From the NCBI GenBank assembly GCA_964395295.1, contig CAYNDR010000001.1:1-47018 (forward strand): a DNA stretch of 47,018 bases, given 5' to 3'. Position 1 is the first letter of the stretch. The number at the start of each line of letters is the position of its first letter. The DNA comes from an uncultured Planctomycetales bacterium. Lineage in GTDB: Bacteria > Planctomycetota > MHYJ01 > JACPRB01. The translations under genes and the position numbers were made by a program. The notes under the pieces were generated by a model. It had not been told where the DNA came from. It was given only the letters and a program-made list of their open reading frames with translations, and made no database searches. Positions 26,122-35,430 of the stretch are shown here, in pieces.

Positions 26122-29100
26122 GCCGGAGGCGCCCTTGAATGTCCTTCCGCTCGCCCTGGCCGTCCTCCTGATCGTGCCTTCCCCGTATCCTGGCCCGCCG
26201 CTTCAGGTCCAGCCCGACTCCTCGCTGAAGCGTGAGAAGGCGCTGCCGAAGGTCTCGTTGCGGGGCTACGGGACCGTCTCCGGCAGCTTCTACGCGGCGG
26301 CGGACGGCGGATCGATCCTGGAGATCGCGTGCGAGAGCGAGCCCCACGCCAAACTGACCCTGGCCAAGTATCTCTCCGACCTTCAACTCCTCCCCGGCGT
26401 GAAGGCCGTCGAAGGACGCCTCGGGGGAACAGGCGTCACCCTCTACGAAGCCCGGGCTCAGGGGACCCTCGCCGCGTTGCGTTCCGGCGCCGGCGTTTTC
26501 GTCCTGGCCGCGACGGACAAACCCGCCCTGGAGAAGCTCTCCGGCTCGCTGAAGGGCGACTGGTCCGGCGCCGTCTCCGCCGCCGAGGTGCCGGTCCCGA
26601 TGTGGCTGGACCGCTGGGACAAGCACGGCTTCCGCTTCTACTACGCGCCCTTCGAGCGCCCCCGCCCGGAAGGCGGGGCCCAGGGAAGACCGGTCGAGCC
26701 GTATGACTTCACCCGGGAATTCGAGTTCGCCCGGGATCACAAGGCCGGACTGGTGATGTGGTCGGTGCTCAGCAAGGAGGCCGCCGCCGAAGGCGTCACC
26801 AGCGAGAGCTGGTGGAGCTGGGGACAGCGCTGGGCCCGTGCCTGGAATATCCCGCTGGGCGTCAACCTTTCCGCCTACAACTACTCGCTGTCGAACTGGG
26901 TGGCGAACCGCTATCGCGGCCAGTTGGCCCAGCCGATGCCGTGCTTCCTGGGCGACAGCATGTCCATCGCCAACTGGCGCGGCACGGAAGGCAAGGTCGG
27001 CGAGCTGGCGTGGGGCGCCACGGAGGCGCGCGACGCGATGTTCGGGGCGCTCCAGCAGACGGTGCGGCGCCTGGCGAAGGACCCGAACATCACCTCCTGG
27101 CTTGAACCCCACGGCGAATTCTACCAGGGCGGAGACGCCTTCATGGGCTACGGCCCGGCCGTGGACGCCACCTTCCGGGAGTTCCTGAAGGGCCGGTACG
27201 GCAAGCCCGAGGCGCTGGCGGCCGCCTGGGGCGTCAAGGTGCCTTCGTGGGAGTCCGTGCGGGCGCCCGAGCTCGCCGAGTTCGCCGGGTGGGGGCCGGG
27301 CGCCGTGGACCTCGCCGGGACGTGGCGCGTGGGCTACCCGCAGGACAAGCAGGACGGCCTGGAGCGGTGGTTCGGCGAGGCCTTCGACGACGCCGCCTGG
27401 GAATCGGTGACGGCCCCGGGCGACGACCACGCCTTCTTCCTGCCCAAGAAGGCCGCGGTGTACCGCCGGACGTTCGACCTGCCGGCCGGCCGGTTCAAGA
27501 AGGGCGAACGCGCCTGGCTCACCCTGTGGGACCTGAACGTGGCCTGGGGAAAACGAGTCAGCGTGTGGCTCAACGGGAAGAAGATCGGGGAGAGCACCTG
27601 CGACCACCCGCACCCCCACTGGATGTCCTGCGAGGCCACCGAGGCGCTCCGCCCGTCCGGGAACCGCCTCGCCCTCGGCCTCCCGAACGGCTACATCGGC
27701 TACCGGATCTACCTCTCGACGGCCGAGCCCCGGCAATACCCCGCGTTCGAGCCTTCCCTGAACACGAAGTGGGCCGACTATGTCGACTGGCGCGAGGCCG
27801 TGCGGATGGCCTCGGCGCGGCGCGGCATCGAGATGATCCGCGAGGTGGACCCGAACCGGCAGATCGACCTGATGGCGCCGCACCAGTCCGCGGAGGGCCT
27901 GAAGAACCTGGCCGAGACGTACGGCGGCAACTTCAAGGACACCGGCTTCATGAGCGGCGTGTGGGCGGACCTTCTGCCCTCCATGATGCGCGGTTCCGGC
28001 CTCCCTTTCCCCCTCGAACCCGGCGGGCCGGCGGACAATCCGGCGACGTTCCGCCGCTTCCTGGGGCTCTGGTCCACGGAGGCCCTGCAGGGCGTGGACT
28101 ACTTCAGCCACATCGGCTGTGTTGCGTGGAATCCCGATATCCTGAAAGTCTACGAGGAGACACTGCCGCTCTTCCGGCTCATCGGCAAGTACCACGGCCC
28201 TCCGGCCGACGTGGCCACGCTGTGGGCGATGCGCATCGACACGCTGACCGGGTTCCCCTGGGGCTCCGACCTGAACACCAACAATCCCGGCGGCTGGAAC
28301 GCGCGCGGCCTGCCCGAGTCCCTCCTGTCGTCCTGCCCGCGCGACGCGATCACCGAAGGCGATTTCGCCCGGGGGAACGCGGCCCGGTACAAGGTCATCA
28401 TCGACACCAACACCTCGATCCTCGACGACGATCTGCTGGGGCAGATCGAGAAGTACGTCTGGGACGGCGGCGTCTTCGTCACGCTGGGCCACACCGGCCG
28501 CCACACCCCGCGCCAGGCGAACGCCTGGCCCATCGAGAAGCTCACGGGCTTCAAGACCCTCACCGTAGAGAAATTCTCGAAGGAAGGCCACTCCATCGGG
28601 CGGTTCGCGCCGGACGACCCGAACCCCGGCTCGCCCGGCCAGCCGCTCGGCGGCCCGGCCCAGAACGGGCAGAAGGTCTACCCGCGCCTGGAGGACTGGA
28701 TGAAATCCCCCCACCTGAACGGCCTGCGCCTGAAGAAGGCGGCGGAAGACGCGCAGGAACTGCTCCTGTGGAAGGACGGCACGACCGCCGTGGGCCTGCG
28801 CCGGCTGGGGAAAGGCTGCATCATCGAGTTCGGATGCAAGTTCGGCGGGCGCGGGCTCGGCGTCCCCACGGAGGCCTTCTTCCCGATCTTCGAGATGGCG
28901 GGCGTCCGGAAGAACGCGGGGCAGCTCCAGGCGGCGAACCGTCCCGACGCGCGGCCGTACCGGGACTTCATCCTGCGGGAGTACGTCAGCAACAACGGGC
29001 TGTACGACGTGTGGGCGCTCTGGAATCCCAAGGGCAACCAGGACCTCCAGGCGTCCCTCGTGATGGAGGGGAGGAAGCCGGCCTTCGCGTGGGACGTTCT

Positions 29101-30085
29101 GACGGGCGCCGAGGCGCCCGTGAAGGACGGCCGCCTGGAGGGCCTGAACCTGAAGCCCCTCGAGACGCGCGCCTTCCTGACCCCGAGGAACGAGATCGGC
29201 CGCGCGCCGCTGAAATGGTTCGAGCTGCAGCGGAGCTGGTGGCGCGGGACGGAGCCCGTGAAGAAGGGCTTCCCTTCGCCCTCCACGCGGTACACGCGCG
29301 TCCTGAACGAGGACTGGGCCTGGCGCGCCGCGGCGCCGGGCGAAGCCTCGGACCCCTGGGCCAACCCCTCTTTCGACGACAAAGCCTGGGAGCGCCTGCC
29401 GCTGGGCCTCTGGTCGTCCCCGGAGCGGACGGGGATCAGGCAGGCGATGTTCCGCAAGACATTCACCGTGCCGGCCGAGTGGAACAACGGCGTCACCCGG
29501 CTCTGGATCCGCGGATCGGGCTACCCGGACTTCGCCAAAGAGGGTCGCGTCTTCCTGGACGGCAAGTTGATCATGAACTGGGGCGGCGAAGGCCCGCCGG
29601 CGTTCGGCGCCGACGTCCTCAAGGCCGGCACCCGGCACACCCTGGCGGTCGAGGCGCGCTCGCCGGGGGTCATCAACGGCCTGGCCGGCGACTGCTGGCT
29701 CTCGCACGTCCCGGAGCCGGGGCGGAAGATCGATCTCGGCGGCGAATGGGCCGCCGCGCCGGACCATTTCCACCCGAAGGACAAGGTGACCCTGCCGGGC
29801 GGCTACGCGGCCAAGACCCTGCGCCGGCAGGTCGTGGTTCCCCGGGACTGCGAAGGCCGGACGCTGGTGGTGGTGATCCGCTCCGAGCGGATGTTCGGCC
29901 TCTACGTGAACGGGACGTATATCCCCTTCAACGGAGGCCCGAACAAGGGCGGCAACGAGATCAACATCACGCCGTTCGTCCGCTATGGCGAAAAGAACGA
30001 TATCGAGCTGGTCAGCTGGTACGACAAGGGGAACATCTCGTACCTGAGCCTGCACGTGTACGAGAAGGGCGTGAATTATCCGTAG
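26120..30085 (+). CDS. very large exported GH42-like beta-galactosidase-type protein with inserted and C-terminal galactose-binding-like domains
   Basis: The frame has no ATG start; TTG at 26120 or 26135 is possible, so the start is uncertain. FREFLKGRYGKPEALAAAWGVKVPSWESVRAPE and YKVIIDTNTSILDDDLLGQIEKYVWDGGVFV recall GH42 catalytic and trimerisation-domain patterns. Two FDD(A/K)AWE...(Y/F)R(R/K)TF(D/T) modules resemble GH2-N / galactose-binding domains. Confidence 0.45.
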   Translation: MPEAPLNVLPLALAVLLIVPSPYPGPPLQVQPDSSLKREKALPKVSLRGYGTVSGSFYAAADGGSILEIACESEPHAKLTLAKYLSDLQLLPGVKAVEGRLGGTGVTLYEARAQGTLAALRSGAGVFVLAATDKPALEKLSGSLKGDWSGAVSAAEVPVPMWLDRWDKHGFRFYYAPFERPRPEGGAQGRPVEPYDFTREFEFARDHKAGLVMWSVLSKEAAAEGVTSESWWSWGQRWARAWNIPLGVNLSAYNYSLSNWVANRYRGQLAQPMPCFLGDSMSIANWRGTEGKVGELAWGATEARDAMFGALQQTVRRLAKDPNITSWLEPHGEFYQGGDAFMGYGPAVDATFREFLKGRYGKPEALAAAWGVKVPSWESVRAPELAEFAGWGPGAVDLAGTWRVGYPQDKQDGLERWFGEAFDDAAWESVTAPGDDHAFFLPKKAAVYRRTFDLPAGRFKKGERAWLTLWDLNVAWGKRVSVWLNGKKIGESTCDHPHPHWMSCEATEALRPSGNRLALGLPNGYIGYRIYLSTAEPRQYPAFEPSLNTKWADYVDWREAVRMASARRGIEMIREVDPNRQIDLMAPHQSAEGLKNLAETYGGNFKDTGFMSGVWADLLPSMMRGSGLPFPLEPGGPADNPATFRRFLGLWSTEALQGVDYFSHIGCVAWNPDILKVYEETLPLFRLIGKYHGPPADVATLWAMRIDTLTGFPWGSDLNTNNPGGWNARGLPESLLSSCPRDAITEGDFARGNAARYKVIIDTNTSILDDDLLGQIEKYVWDGGVFVTLGHTGRHTPRQANAWPIEKLTGFKTLTVEKFSKEGHSIGRFAPDDPNPGSPGQPLGGPAQNGQKVYPRLEDWMKSPHLNGLRLKKAAEDAQELLLWKDGTTAVGLRRLGKGCIIEFGCKFGGRGLGVPTEAFFPIFEMAGVRKNAGQLQAANRPDARPYRDFILREYVSNNGLYDVWALWNPKGNQDLQASLVMEGRKPAFAWDVLTGAEAPVKDGRLEGLNLKPLETRAFLTPRNEIGRAPLKWFELQRSWWRGTEPVKKGFPSPSTRYTRVLNEDWAWRAAAPGEASDPWANPSFDDKAWERLPLGLWSSPERTGIRQAMFRKTFTVPAEWNNGVTRLWIRGSGYPDFAKEGRVFLDGKLIMNWGGEGPPAFGADVLKAGTRHTLAVEARSPGVINGLAGDCWLSHVPEPGRKIDLGGEWAAAPDHFHPKDKVTLPGGYAAKTLRRQVVVPRDCEGRTLVVVIRSERMFGLYVNGTYIPFNGGPNKGGNEINITPFVRYGEKNDIELVSWYDKGNISYLSLHVYEKGVNYP

Positions 30086-30113
30086 ACGTCCCGCGCGGCC
30101 CCGCGGTGGACCC

Positions 30114-31328
30114 TCAGGCCCCGAACTTTTCCAGCTTCCCCGCGTGCGCCATCGCCAGCGGCAGAAGCTCCTTGGACAGGATCGTCCCGATCTGGCCGCC
30201 CCGGCAGGCGACCTCGTCGAAGCGGGCCGCGTCGCCGCCGCGGAGGTGCGGGGCGGACATGAGGACCGGCACGGGGTGCCAGCTGTGCGCCTTGAGGGGC
30301 GCCGGCGTCGAGTGGTCGCCCGTGACGATGAGCACGTCCGGCTTCGCCGCCAGGAGCGCCGGGATCGCCGCGTCCATCTCCTCGATCCGCCGGACCTTGG
30401 CCGCGATGTCCCCGTCCTCGCCCGTCTTGTCCGTGTATTTGAAGTGCGCGAAGACGAAGGTGTGGTCCTTCATCGCCTTGCCCGCCTCGGCGCAGACGTC
30501 CGCCGCGGTCGTGGGCCTGGAGACGACGGGCATCCCCAGGAGCCGCGCCACGCCGCGGTACATCGGGTAACCCGCCACGGCGGCCGGCTTCAGCCTGTAC
30601 CGGTCGGCGAACTTCGGCCAGTCGGGGTGCTTGGCGAACCCGCGCGCCAGGATCATGTTGGCCTTGGGCTCGTCCGCGAGGATCGACTTCACCTGCGCGA
30701 TGAGGCCGGCCGCCATCCCGGCCGTCCGGGACTTGTCGAAGGGCGGCCGATCGGCCGCGAGCGGCTCCACCCCCACGGCCTGCGGATCGGTGTCGCCGAT
30801 GCGGTCGTCGAGCCCGTCGCCGCGGAGCACGAGCACCGCGCGGTGCTCGGCCTCGGTCTCGAAGAAGACCTGCACGCCGGCGGGGATCTTCAGCTTCGCC
30901 TTGACCTTGGCCAGGACGCGGCGGTTCTCGTCGTCGGGGATGCGTCCGGCGCGGCGGTCCGCGACCTTGCCGGCCTTGTCGATCGTGCAGAAGTTGAGGC
31001 GCGCCGCCACGTCGCGGTCCTCGAGGGGGAACTCGATCCCGAGGGCGCTCAGGACTCCGCGGCCGACCTCGTAGACGAGCGGGTCGTACCCGAAGAGGCC
31101 CAGGTGGCCCGGGCCGCTGCCCGGCGTGACGCCCACGGCCACGGGGACGAGGAGCCCGAGCGCGCTCCGGGAGGCCAGGGCGTCCAGGTTGGGCTTCCTC
31201 GCCTGCTGGAGCGCCGTGCCCTGGCCGGCGTTGTCCACGTCCCCCAGCCCGTCCATCACCAGGAGCACGATCCTCCTGTCGTTGGCGAGGGCCAGAGAGC
31301 TGATCAGCTTCCCGTAGGCGTCTTCCAT
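30114..31328 (-). CDS. apgM: 2,3-bisphosphoglycerate-independent phosphoglycerate mutase, archaeal (ApgM) type
   Basis: GAGGAG lies 8 nt upstream of ATG 31328. Motifs present: LLVMDGLGD, PGSGPGHLGLFGYDP, NFCTIDKAGKVADRRAGRI, EHRAVLVLRG and IVTGDHSTP. Confidence 0.8.
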   Translation of the reverse strand: MEDAYGKLISSLALANDRRIVLLVMDGLGDVDNAGQGTALQQARKPNLDALASRSALGLLVPVAVGVTPGSGPGHLGLFGYDPLVYEVGRGVLSALGIEFPLEDRDVAARLNFCTIDKAGKVADRRAGRIPDDENRRVLAKVKAKLKIPAGVQVFFETEAEHRAVLVLRGDGLDDRIGDTDPQAVGVEPLAADRPPFDKSRTAGMAAGLIAQVKSILADEPKANMILARGFAKHPDWPKFADRYRLKPAAVAGYPMYRGVARLLGMPVVSRPTTAADVCAEAGKAMKDHTFVFAHFKYTDKTGEDGDIAAKVRRIEEMDAAIPALLAAKPDVLIVTGDHSTPAPLKAHSWHPVPVLMSAPHLRGGDAARFDEVACRGGQIGTILSKELLPLAMAHAGKLEKFGA

Positions 31329-31357
31329 GTCGGTCGCTCCTCGATTGCCGGGGCCCG

Positions 31358-31386
31358 AGTTTAGAGGAAGGGCCGCCGGGGGGCAA
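31358..31386 (-). promoter_or_regulatory. sigma70-type promoter for apgM
   Basis: On the minus strand: TTGCCC (31386-31381), a 17-nt spacer, then TAAACT (31363-31358). Confidence 0.4.
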
Positions 31387-31390
31387 ACGA

Positions 31391-31420
31391 TTTCCGAAAG
31401 GGCCGCGGGAGGCGTAATAA
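31391..31420 (+). promoter_or_regulatory. possible sigma70-type promoter for the 31438-38616 gene trio
   Basis: TTTCCG (31391-31396), an 18-nt spacer, then TAATAA (31415-31420). GGAGG at 31426-31430 follows, then ATG 31438. The match is weaker than for the other promoters. Confidence 0.3.
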
Positions 31421-31437
31421 TCCGTGGAGGGTTGCGG

Positions 31438-34086
31438 ATGACGGGCACGCTCGCGGTCCTGGCGCTCCTGGCCGCCCAGGATTGGACCACGCTCCACAAG
31501 GACTACCAGCGCTCCGGGTTCTCCGAGGACGTCCTCAAGGGACCCTACGAGCGCAAGTGGTACCGCGACTTCCACGACGAGATGATCGCCAGCCGCGTGG
31601 AGGCGATCGTGGCCGGGGGCCAGTGCTTCGTGGGGACGTTCGCGGGCCACCTGCACGCCCTCAAGACGGCCGACGGCTCCACCGCCTGGACCTTCAAGGC
31701 CGCCGGGCCCGTCGGGTGTTCGCCCTGCTACGAGGGCGGCCGGCTCTATTTCGGCGCCGACGACGGCCGCCTCTACTGCGTCAAGGCCTCCGACGGCGGG
31801 CTCGTCTGGAAGGTCGAGGCGGGCGCCGGCGTCTGGGTCTCCCCCGCCTGCGACGGCGCGAAGGTCTACTTCGGCGACCGCGCGGGCGTCTTCCACGCCG
31901 TGGACGCCAGGACCGGGGCGCGCGCCTGGACCTTCCCGACCGGCGGGATGATCCTCAAGTCCGCCTCCTTCTCCCCGGACCGGAAGAGGATCGTCTTCGG
32001 CTCCGAGGACATGCATGTCTACTGCCTGGATCCCGCGGGCAAGCTCCTGTGGAAGTCGAAGAAGCTCCAGGGCGTCTCGATGCGCGACCAGGCCCCCACG
32101 ATCTGGCAGGGCCTGGCGATCGTCCGCACCGCCCCCGCCGACGGCTTCCACGAGGTCATGAACCGGAACCAGGACCTCATGGCGCGCGTCCAGAAGGCGA
32201 TCCCCGTGGGTCCCCAGGACAAGCTCATCAACGACAAGTTCGCCGCCTACATCATGCGCCCCACGCCCGAGCGGGAGAAGGCCGAGCGAGAGGCGGTGCT
32301 CAAGTACCTTCGCGAAAATCCGCACGACCAGACTTTCTACGCGCTCCGCCTGGAGGACGGACAGGAACCGTGGCTGGAGCCGGTCTTCTACACGTGCGGG
32401 CTGCACAACCCGCCCACGCCGCCAACGTTCGACCCGAAGACCGGCGAGTGCTACACCTTCTATCGCACGTGCCTCACGAACTACAGCCGCGGCGTCCGGC
32501 CGTTCACGGGCCTGGGGCGGCTGGACCCGAAGACCGGAGCCGTGGAAAACCTCTGGCACGCGCAGGGCGACGAGCCCGGCTGGTCGGATTTCGCCACGAT
32601 CGGGGACGAGACGCAGTCGCTGAGCCTGATGGGCGAGATCCTCCTCAGCACCCACCAGGGGACGATCGGCGGCCTGGCCGTCAAGACGCGGAAGTGGCAC
32701 CCGATTTACAACGGGCGGGACACCTACGGCGGCATCTTCGGGCCGGGCGCGCTCCCGGGCGGGTGGGAGGGGGAGAAGAAGATGCAGCGCGAGGGGTACC
32801 TGGTCAACATGTGCAACGAGTGGCACGGGCCGGACCGGTCGATCCTCGCGATCGCGGAGAAGCGCTTCTTCTGGGTTGTGGGATCGCACGTCGTCTGCTG
32901 GGGCGGCCCCGACGTCCCGAAGGCCGAGACCGGCGGGACGAAATCCCCTCCGCCCATCAAGAAGAAGTTCGAGCGCGTCTACACCGGCGGCGGCAACCTG
33001 ACCGCCGACCGGGTGGGCGGTTTCGACGAATCGGTCGCGAAGGCGCCCGTGGCGCCCGAGGATCTGAAGAAATACCTGGAAGAGCCGCGCCCCGCCAGGC
33101 CGTCGGATGCCGCGGCCGCGAAGGCGCTCCGCGCGAAGCTCGACGCCGCGGCGACGGAACTCGTGGAAGGCGGCCCGTGGGCGCCCTTCGTCGTGGAGCT
33201 GGGGATCAGCAAGGAGGAGCGCCACTTCTGGCGGACGGCCGAGACGATGCAGGTCCTCTCGCTCGCGCTCCCGCACCTCTCGGCCGGCGTCCGCGAGAAG
33301 GCGAAGAAGCACCTCGATGGGCTCTTCGAGTCCGGCGCCCCGCTCCAGAAGCCCGTCCATCCCCCGGACGGCAAGCGGCGCGAGGCCTACGACCTCGGGC
33401 CCGGGATGGCCGGTTTCGCGCGGCAGTCGCCGGCCGCCCGGGCCGGCGTCCAGGACCTCTACGCCCTATGGGCCTACGCGCACCACGCGGGGGCCTGGGA
33501 GAAGGTGCTCTCCCGGGCGGACGAGATCCAGAAGGCCTTCGAGGCGGCCGCGAAGATCGATCCGAAGGGGAAGGGGGCGGCGCGGGAGCTCAACGGCCAG
33601 ATCGCGGGCGTCCTCGCCTATGCCCGCCTCATGAAGAAGGCGGGCCGGGAGGCCGAAGTCGACCGGGCGCTGGCGCGGCTGGCGGGTCTCGTCGCCGATC
33701 GGATCCACCACGAGCGGGCGGACACGAACTTCATCCGCGAGGTCTCCGGCGCCCACTCGGCCTCGATCCCCCGCTACGTGGACCTCGTCCCGGAGGTCTC
33801 GCTGATCCTGCGCGAGCGGGCGAAGGAGGAGTTCCCGCGGAACGTCCGGGGGCTCGCGGCCCAGCTCCCCCTCTGGTACCAGGCCTTCGCGGAGCGGATG
33901 GTGGGGGGCGAGAACTACACGCACACTCCGCACGTGGCGCGCGGACTCTTCGCGGCGCTGGCGGACGGCGTCCAGGCGCCGCCGGAGGAGCTGGCGGCGA
34001 GGCTCGACCAGCCCTGGTGCCGCGCCGACCTTTATTTCATCGAGAAGCTCGCGGCGGTCCTGCGGGCCCTGGAGGGCGCACGGTGA
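31438..34086 (+). CDS. exported PQQ-like (BamB-type) beta-propeller repeat protein with large C-terminal all-helical domain
   Basis: It starts MTGTLAVLALLAAQ. Repeated G..Y.....G.L.A.D..TG...W units are present (HLHALKTADGSTAWTF, RLYCVKASDGGLVWKV, VFHAVDARTGARAWTF, HVYCLDPAGKLLWKS). The last ~330 aa are Ala/Leu/Arg-rich and helical. Confidence 0.6.
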   Translation: MTGTLAVLALLAAQDWTTLHKDYQRSGFSEDVLKGPYERKWYRDFHDEMIASRVEAIVAGGQCFVGTFAGHLHALKTADGSTAWTFKAAGPVGCSPCYEGGRLYFGADDGRLYCVKASDGGLVWKVEAGAGVWVSPACDGAKVYFGDRAGVFHAVDARTGARAWTFPTGGMILKSASFSPDRKRIVFGSEDMHVYCLDPAGKLLWKSKKLQGVSMRDQAPTIWQGLAIVRTAPADGFHEVMNRNQDLMARVQKAIPVGPQDKLINDKFAAYIMRPTPEREKAEREAVLKYLRENPHDQTFYALRLEDGQEPWLEPVFYTCGLHNPPTPPTFDPKTGECYTFYRTCLTNYSRGVRPFTGLGRLDPKTGAVENLWHAQGDEPGWSDFATIGDETQSLSLMGEILLSTHQGTIGGLAVKTRKWHPIYNGRDTYGGIFGPGALPGGWEGEKKMQREGYLVNMCNEWHGPDRSILAIAEKRFFWVVGSHVVCWGGPDVPKAETGGTKSPPPIKKKFERVYTGGGNLTADRVGGFDESVAKAPVAPEDLKKYLEEPRPARPSDAAAAKALRAKLDAAATELVEGGPWAPFVVELGISKEERHFWRTAETMQVLSLALPHLSAGVREKAKKHLDGLFESGAPLQKPVHPPDGKRREAYDLGPGMAGFARQSPAARAGVQDLYALWAYAHHAGAWEKVLSRADEIQKAFEAAAKIDPKGKGAARELNGQIAGVLAYARLMKKAGREAEVDRALARLAGLVADRIHHERADTNFIREVSGAHSASIPRYVDLVPEVSLILRERAKEEFPRNVRGLAAQLPLWYQAFAERMVGGENYTHTPHVARGLFAALADGVQAPPEELAARLDQPWCRADLYFIEKLAAVLRALEGAR

Positions 34087-35414
34087 GAGGAGTCGTTCTC
34101 GCGCTGATCGCCCTCGGGCCGGCCGTCCCGCAGGCCCGCGGGCCGAAGATGGTCTACATCGAGAACGGCGCGGTGAGGATCGGCATGGACCTCGACCTCG
34201 GCGGCGCCGTGACCCACATCAGCGCCAAGGAAAACGGCCGTCCCGCCAACCTCATCAACAGCGCCGACCTCGGCCGCCAGATCCAGATGTCCCACTACTC
34301 CGGTCCCTGGCCGTTCGAGGTCGGCGACAAGAAGCCCCACAAGGCGTGGGCCGGCCTGGGGTGGAATCCCATCCAGACCGGCGACTGCTACCACAATCCG
34401 TCGAAGGTGCTGGAGCACCGGAACGACGGGAAGGAGCTCTACATCAGGTGCATCCCCATGCAGTGGCCGCTCAACAACGTCCCGGGAGACTGCGTCTTCG
34501 AGACCTGGACCACCCTGGAGGGCCCCGTCATCCACATGCGGTACCGCCTGACCAACCGGCGGGCGGACAAGACCGCCTACCGCCCCTGTCCCCAGGAACT
34601 GCCGGCGGTCTACACCATCTCGAAGCTGTGGAGGCTGATGTCCTACACCGGCGAGAAGCCGTTTACCGGAGACGCCCTCGATCACGTGAAGAACGACTGG
34701 AAGGCCCCCTGGCCCTGGACGCGCTTCACCGCCACCGAGCGCTGGGCGGCGCTGGTGGGCGACGACGACTGGGGCCTCGGCGTCTTCAAGGACGACGGGG
34801 GCGAGTTCCACGGCGGCATCCACGGCGACGGCCGGTCGGAGGACCCCCGGCACGGCTCGACCGCCTACGTTGCCCCGATCCACATGGAGAACCTCGACCA
34901 CGACATCGTCTACGAGCACCGGACCGTCTTCATGGTCGGGACGCTCGCGGAGATCCGGAAGCGGTTCAACGGGATGGCCACGAAGGGGCTGCCCTCCTGG
35001 CGGTTCGAGAAGGACCGGCAGCACTGGACCTACAGGGACGCGACCGACGGCGGATTCCCCCCGAAAGGGGAGTGGCGTGTGGCGTTCGGGGAAAAGAAGC
35101 CCCGGCTGGCCGGGCCCACGTTCGCGTGGCGGGCGGAGGACGCCCCGCGGCTCGTGATGGAAGCGGCGGTCCGGGGCGGGCCGGTCGCCTGGCGCCTCCG
35201 CTGGACGCGCCGCGACGATCCCAAGTTCGACGACGCGAAGAGCGTGGCCCTCGAGCTGAAGCCCGACGGGGCGTTCCGCGAGGTCGAGGCGGACCTCTCC
35301 GCGTCGCCCGGGTGGTGTGGGCTGATCACGCAGCTGGCGATCGAGCCCGCGGAGAAGCGGCGCCCCGGCGGGGAGGTCGCGATCCGCTCGATCGCCCTGA
35401 GGAAACCGCGATAG
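34083..35414 (+). CDS. exported hypothetical protein (443 aa), function unknown
   Basis: GTG 34083 overlaps the upstream stop (GTGA). It starts VRGVVLALIALGPAVPQA, which is signal-like; ATG 34149 is an alternative start. It is Trp/His/Asp-rich and looks beta-rich. I recognise no family. Only the last part of the 1310-aa track ORF is credible. Confidence 0.55.
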   Translation: MRGVVLALIALGPAVPQARGPKMVYIENGAVRIGMDLDLGGAVTHISAKENGRPANLINSADLGRQIQMSHYSGPWPFEVGDKKPHKAWAGLGWNPIQTGDCYHNPSKVLEHRNDGKELYIRCIPMQWPLNNVPGDCVFETWTTLEGPVIHMRYRLTNRRADKTAYRPCPQELPAVYTISKLWRLMSYTGEKPFTGDALDHVKNDWKAPWPWTRFTATERWAALVGDDDWGLGVFKDDGGEFHGGIHGDGRSEDPRHGSTAYVAPIHMENLDHDIVYEHRTVFMVGTLAEIRKRFNGMATKGLPSWRFEKDRQHWTYRDATDGGFPPKGEWRVAFGEKKPRLAGPTFAWRAEDAPRLVMEAAVRGGPVAWRLRWTRRDDPKFDDAKSVALELKPDGAFREVEADLSASPGWCGLITQLAIEPAEKRRPGGEVAIRSIALRKPR

Positions 35415-35430
35415 GGAAGGAGGTCCCGAC

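Noticed and set aside
26105-30055. 1316-aa antisense ORF. The same applies to 27247-30570(+), 30076-33360(-), 35326-38847(-) and 41159-44650(-).
   Set aside because: Same reasoning: low-complexity R/G/P/A-rich products shadowing well-supported genes on the other strand or frame.
30086-30113. CCGCG-N6-CGCGG hairpin between convergent genes as a bidirectional terminator.
   Set aside because: A 5-bp stem with no U-tract on either strand cannot be told apart from background GC-rich palindromes.
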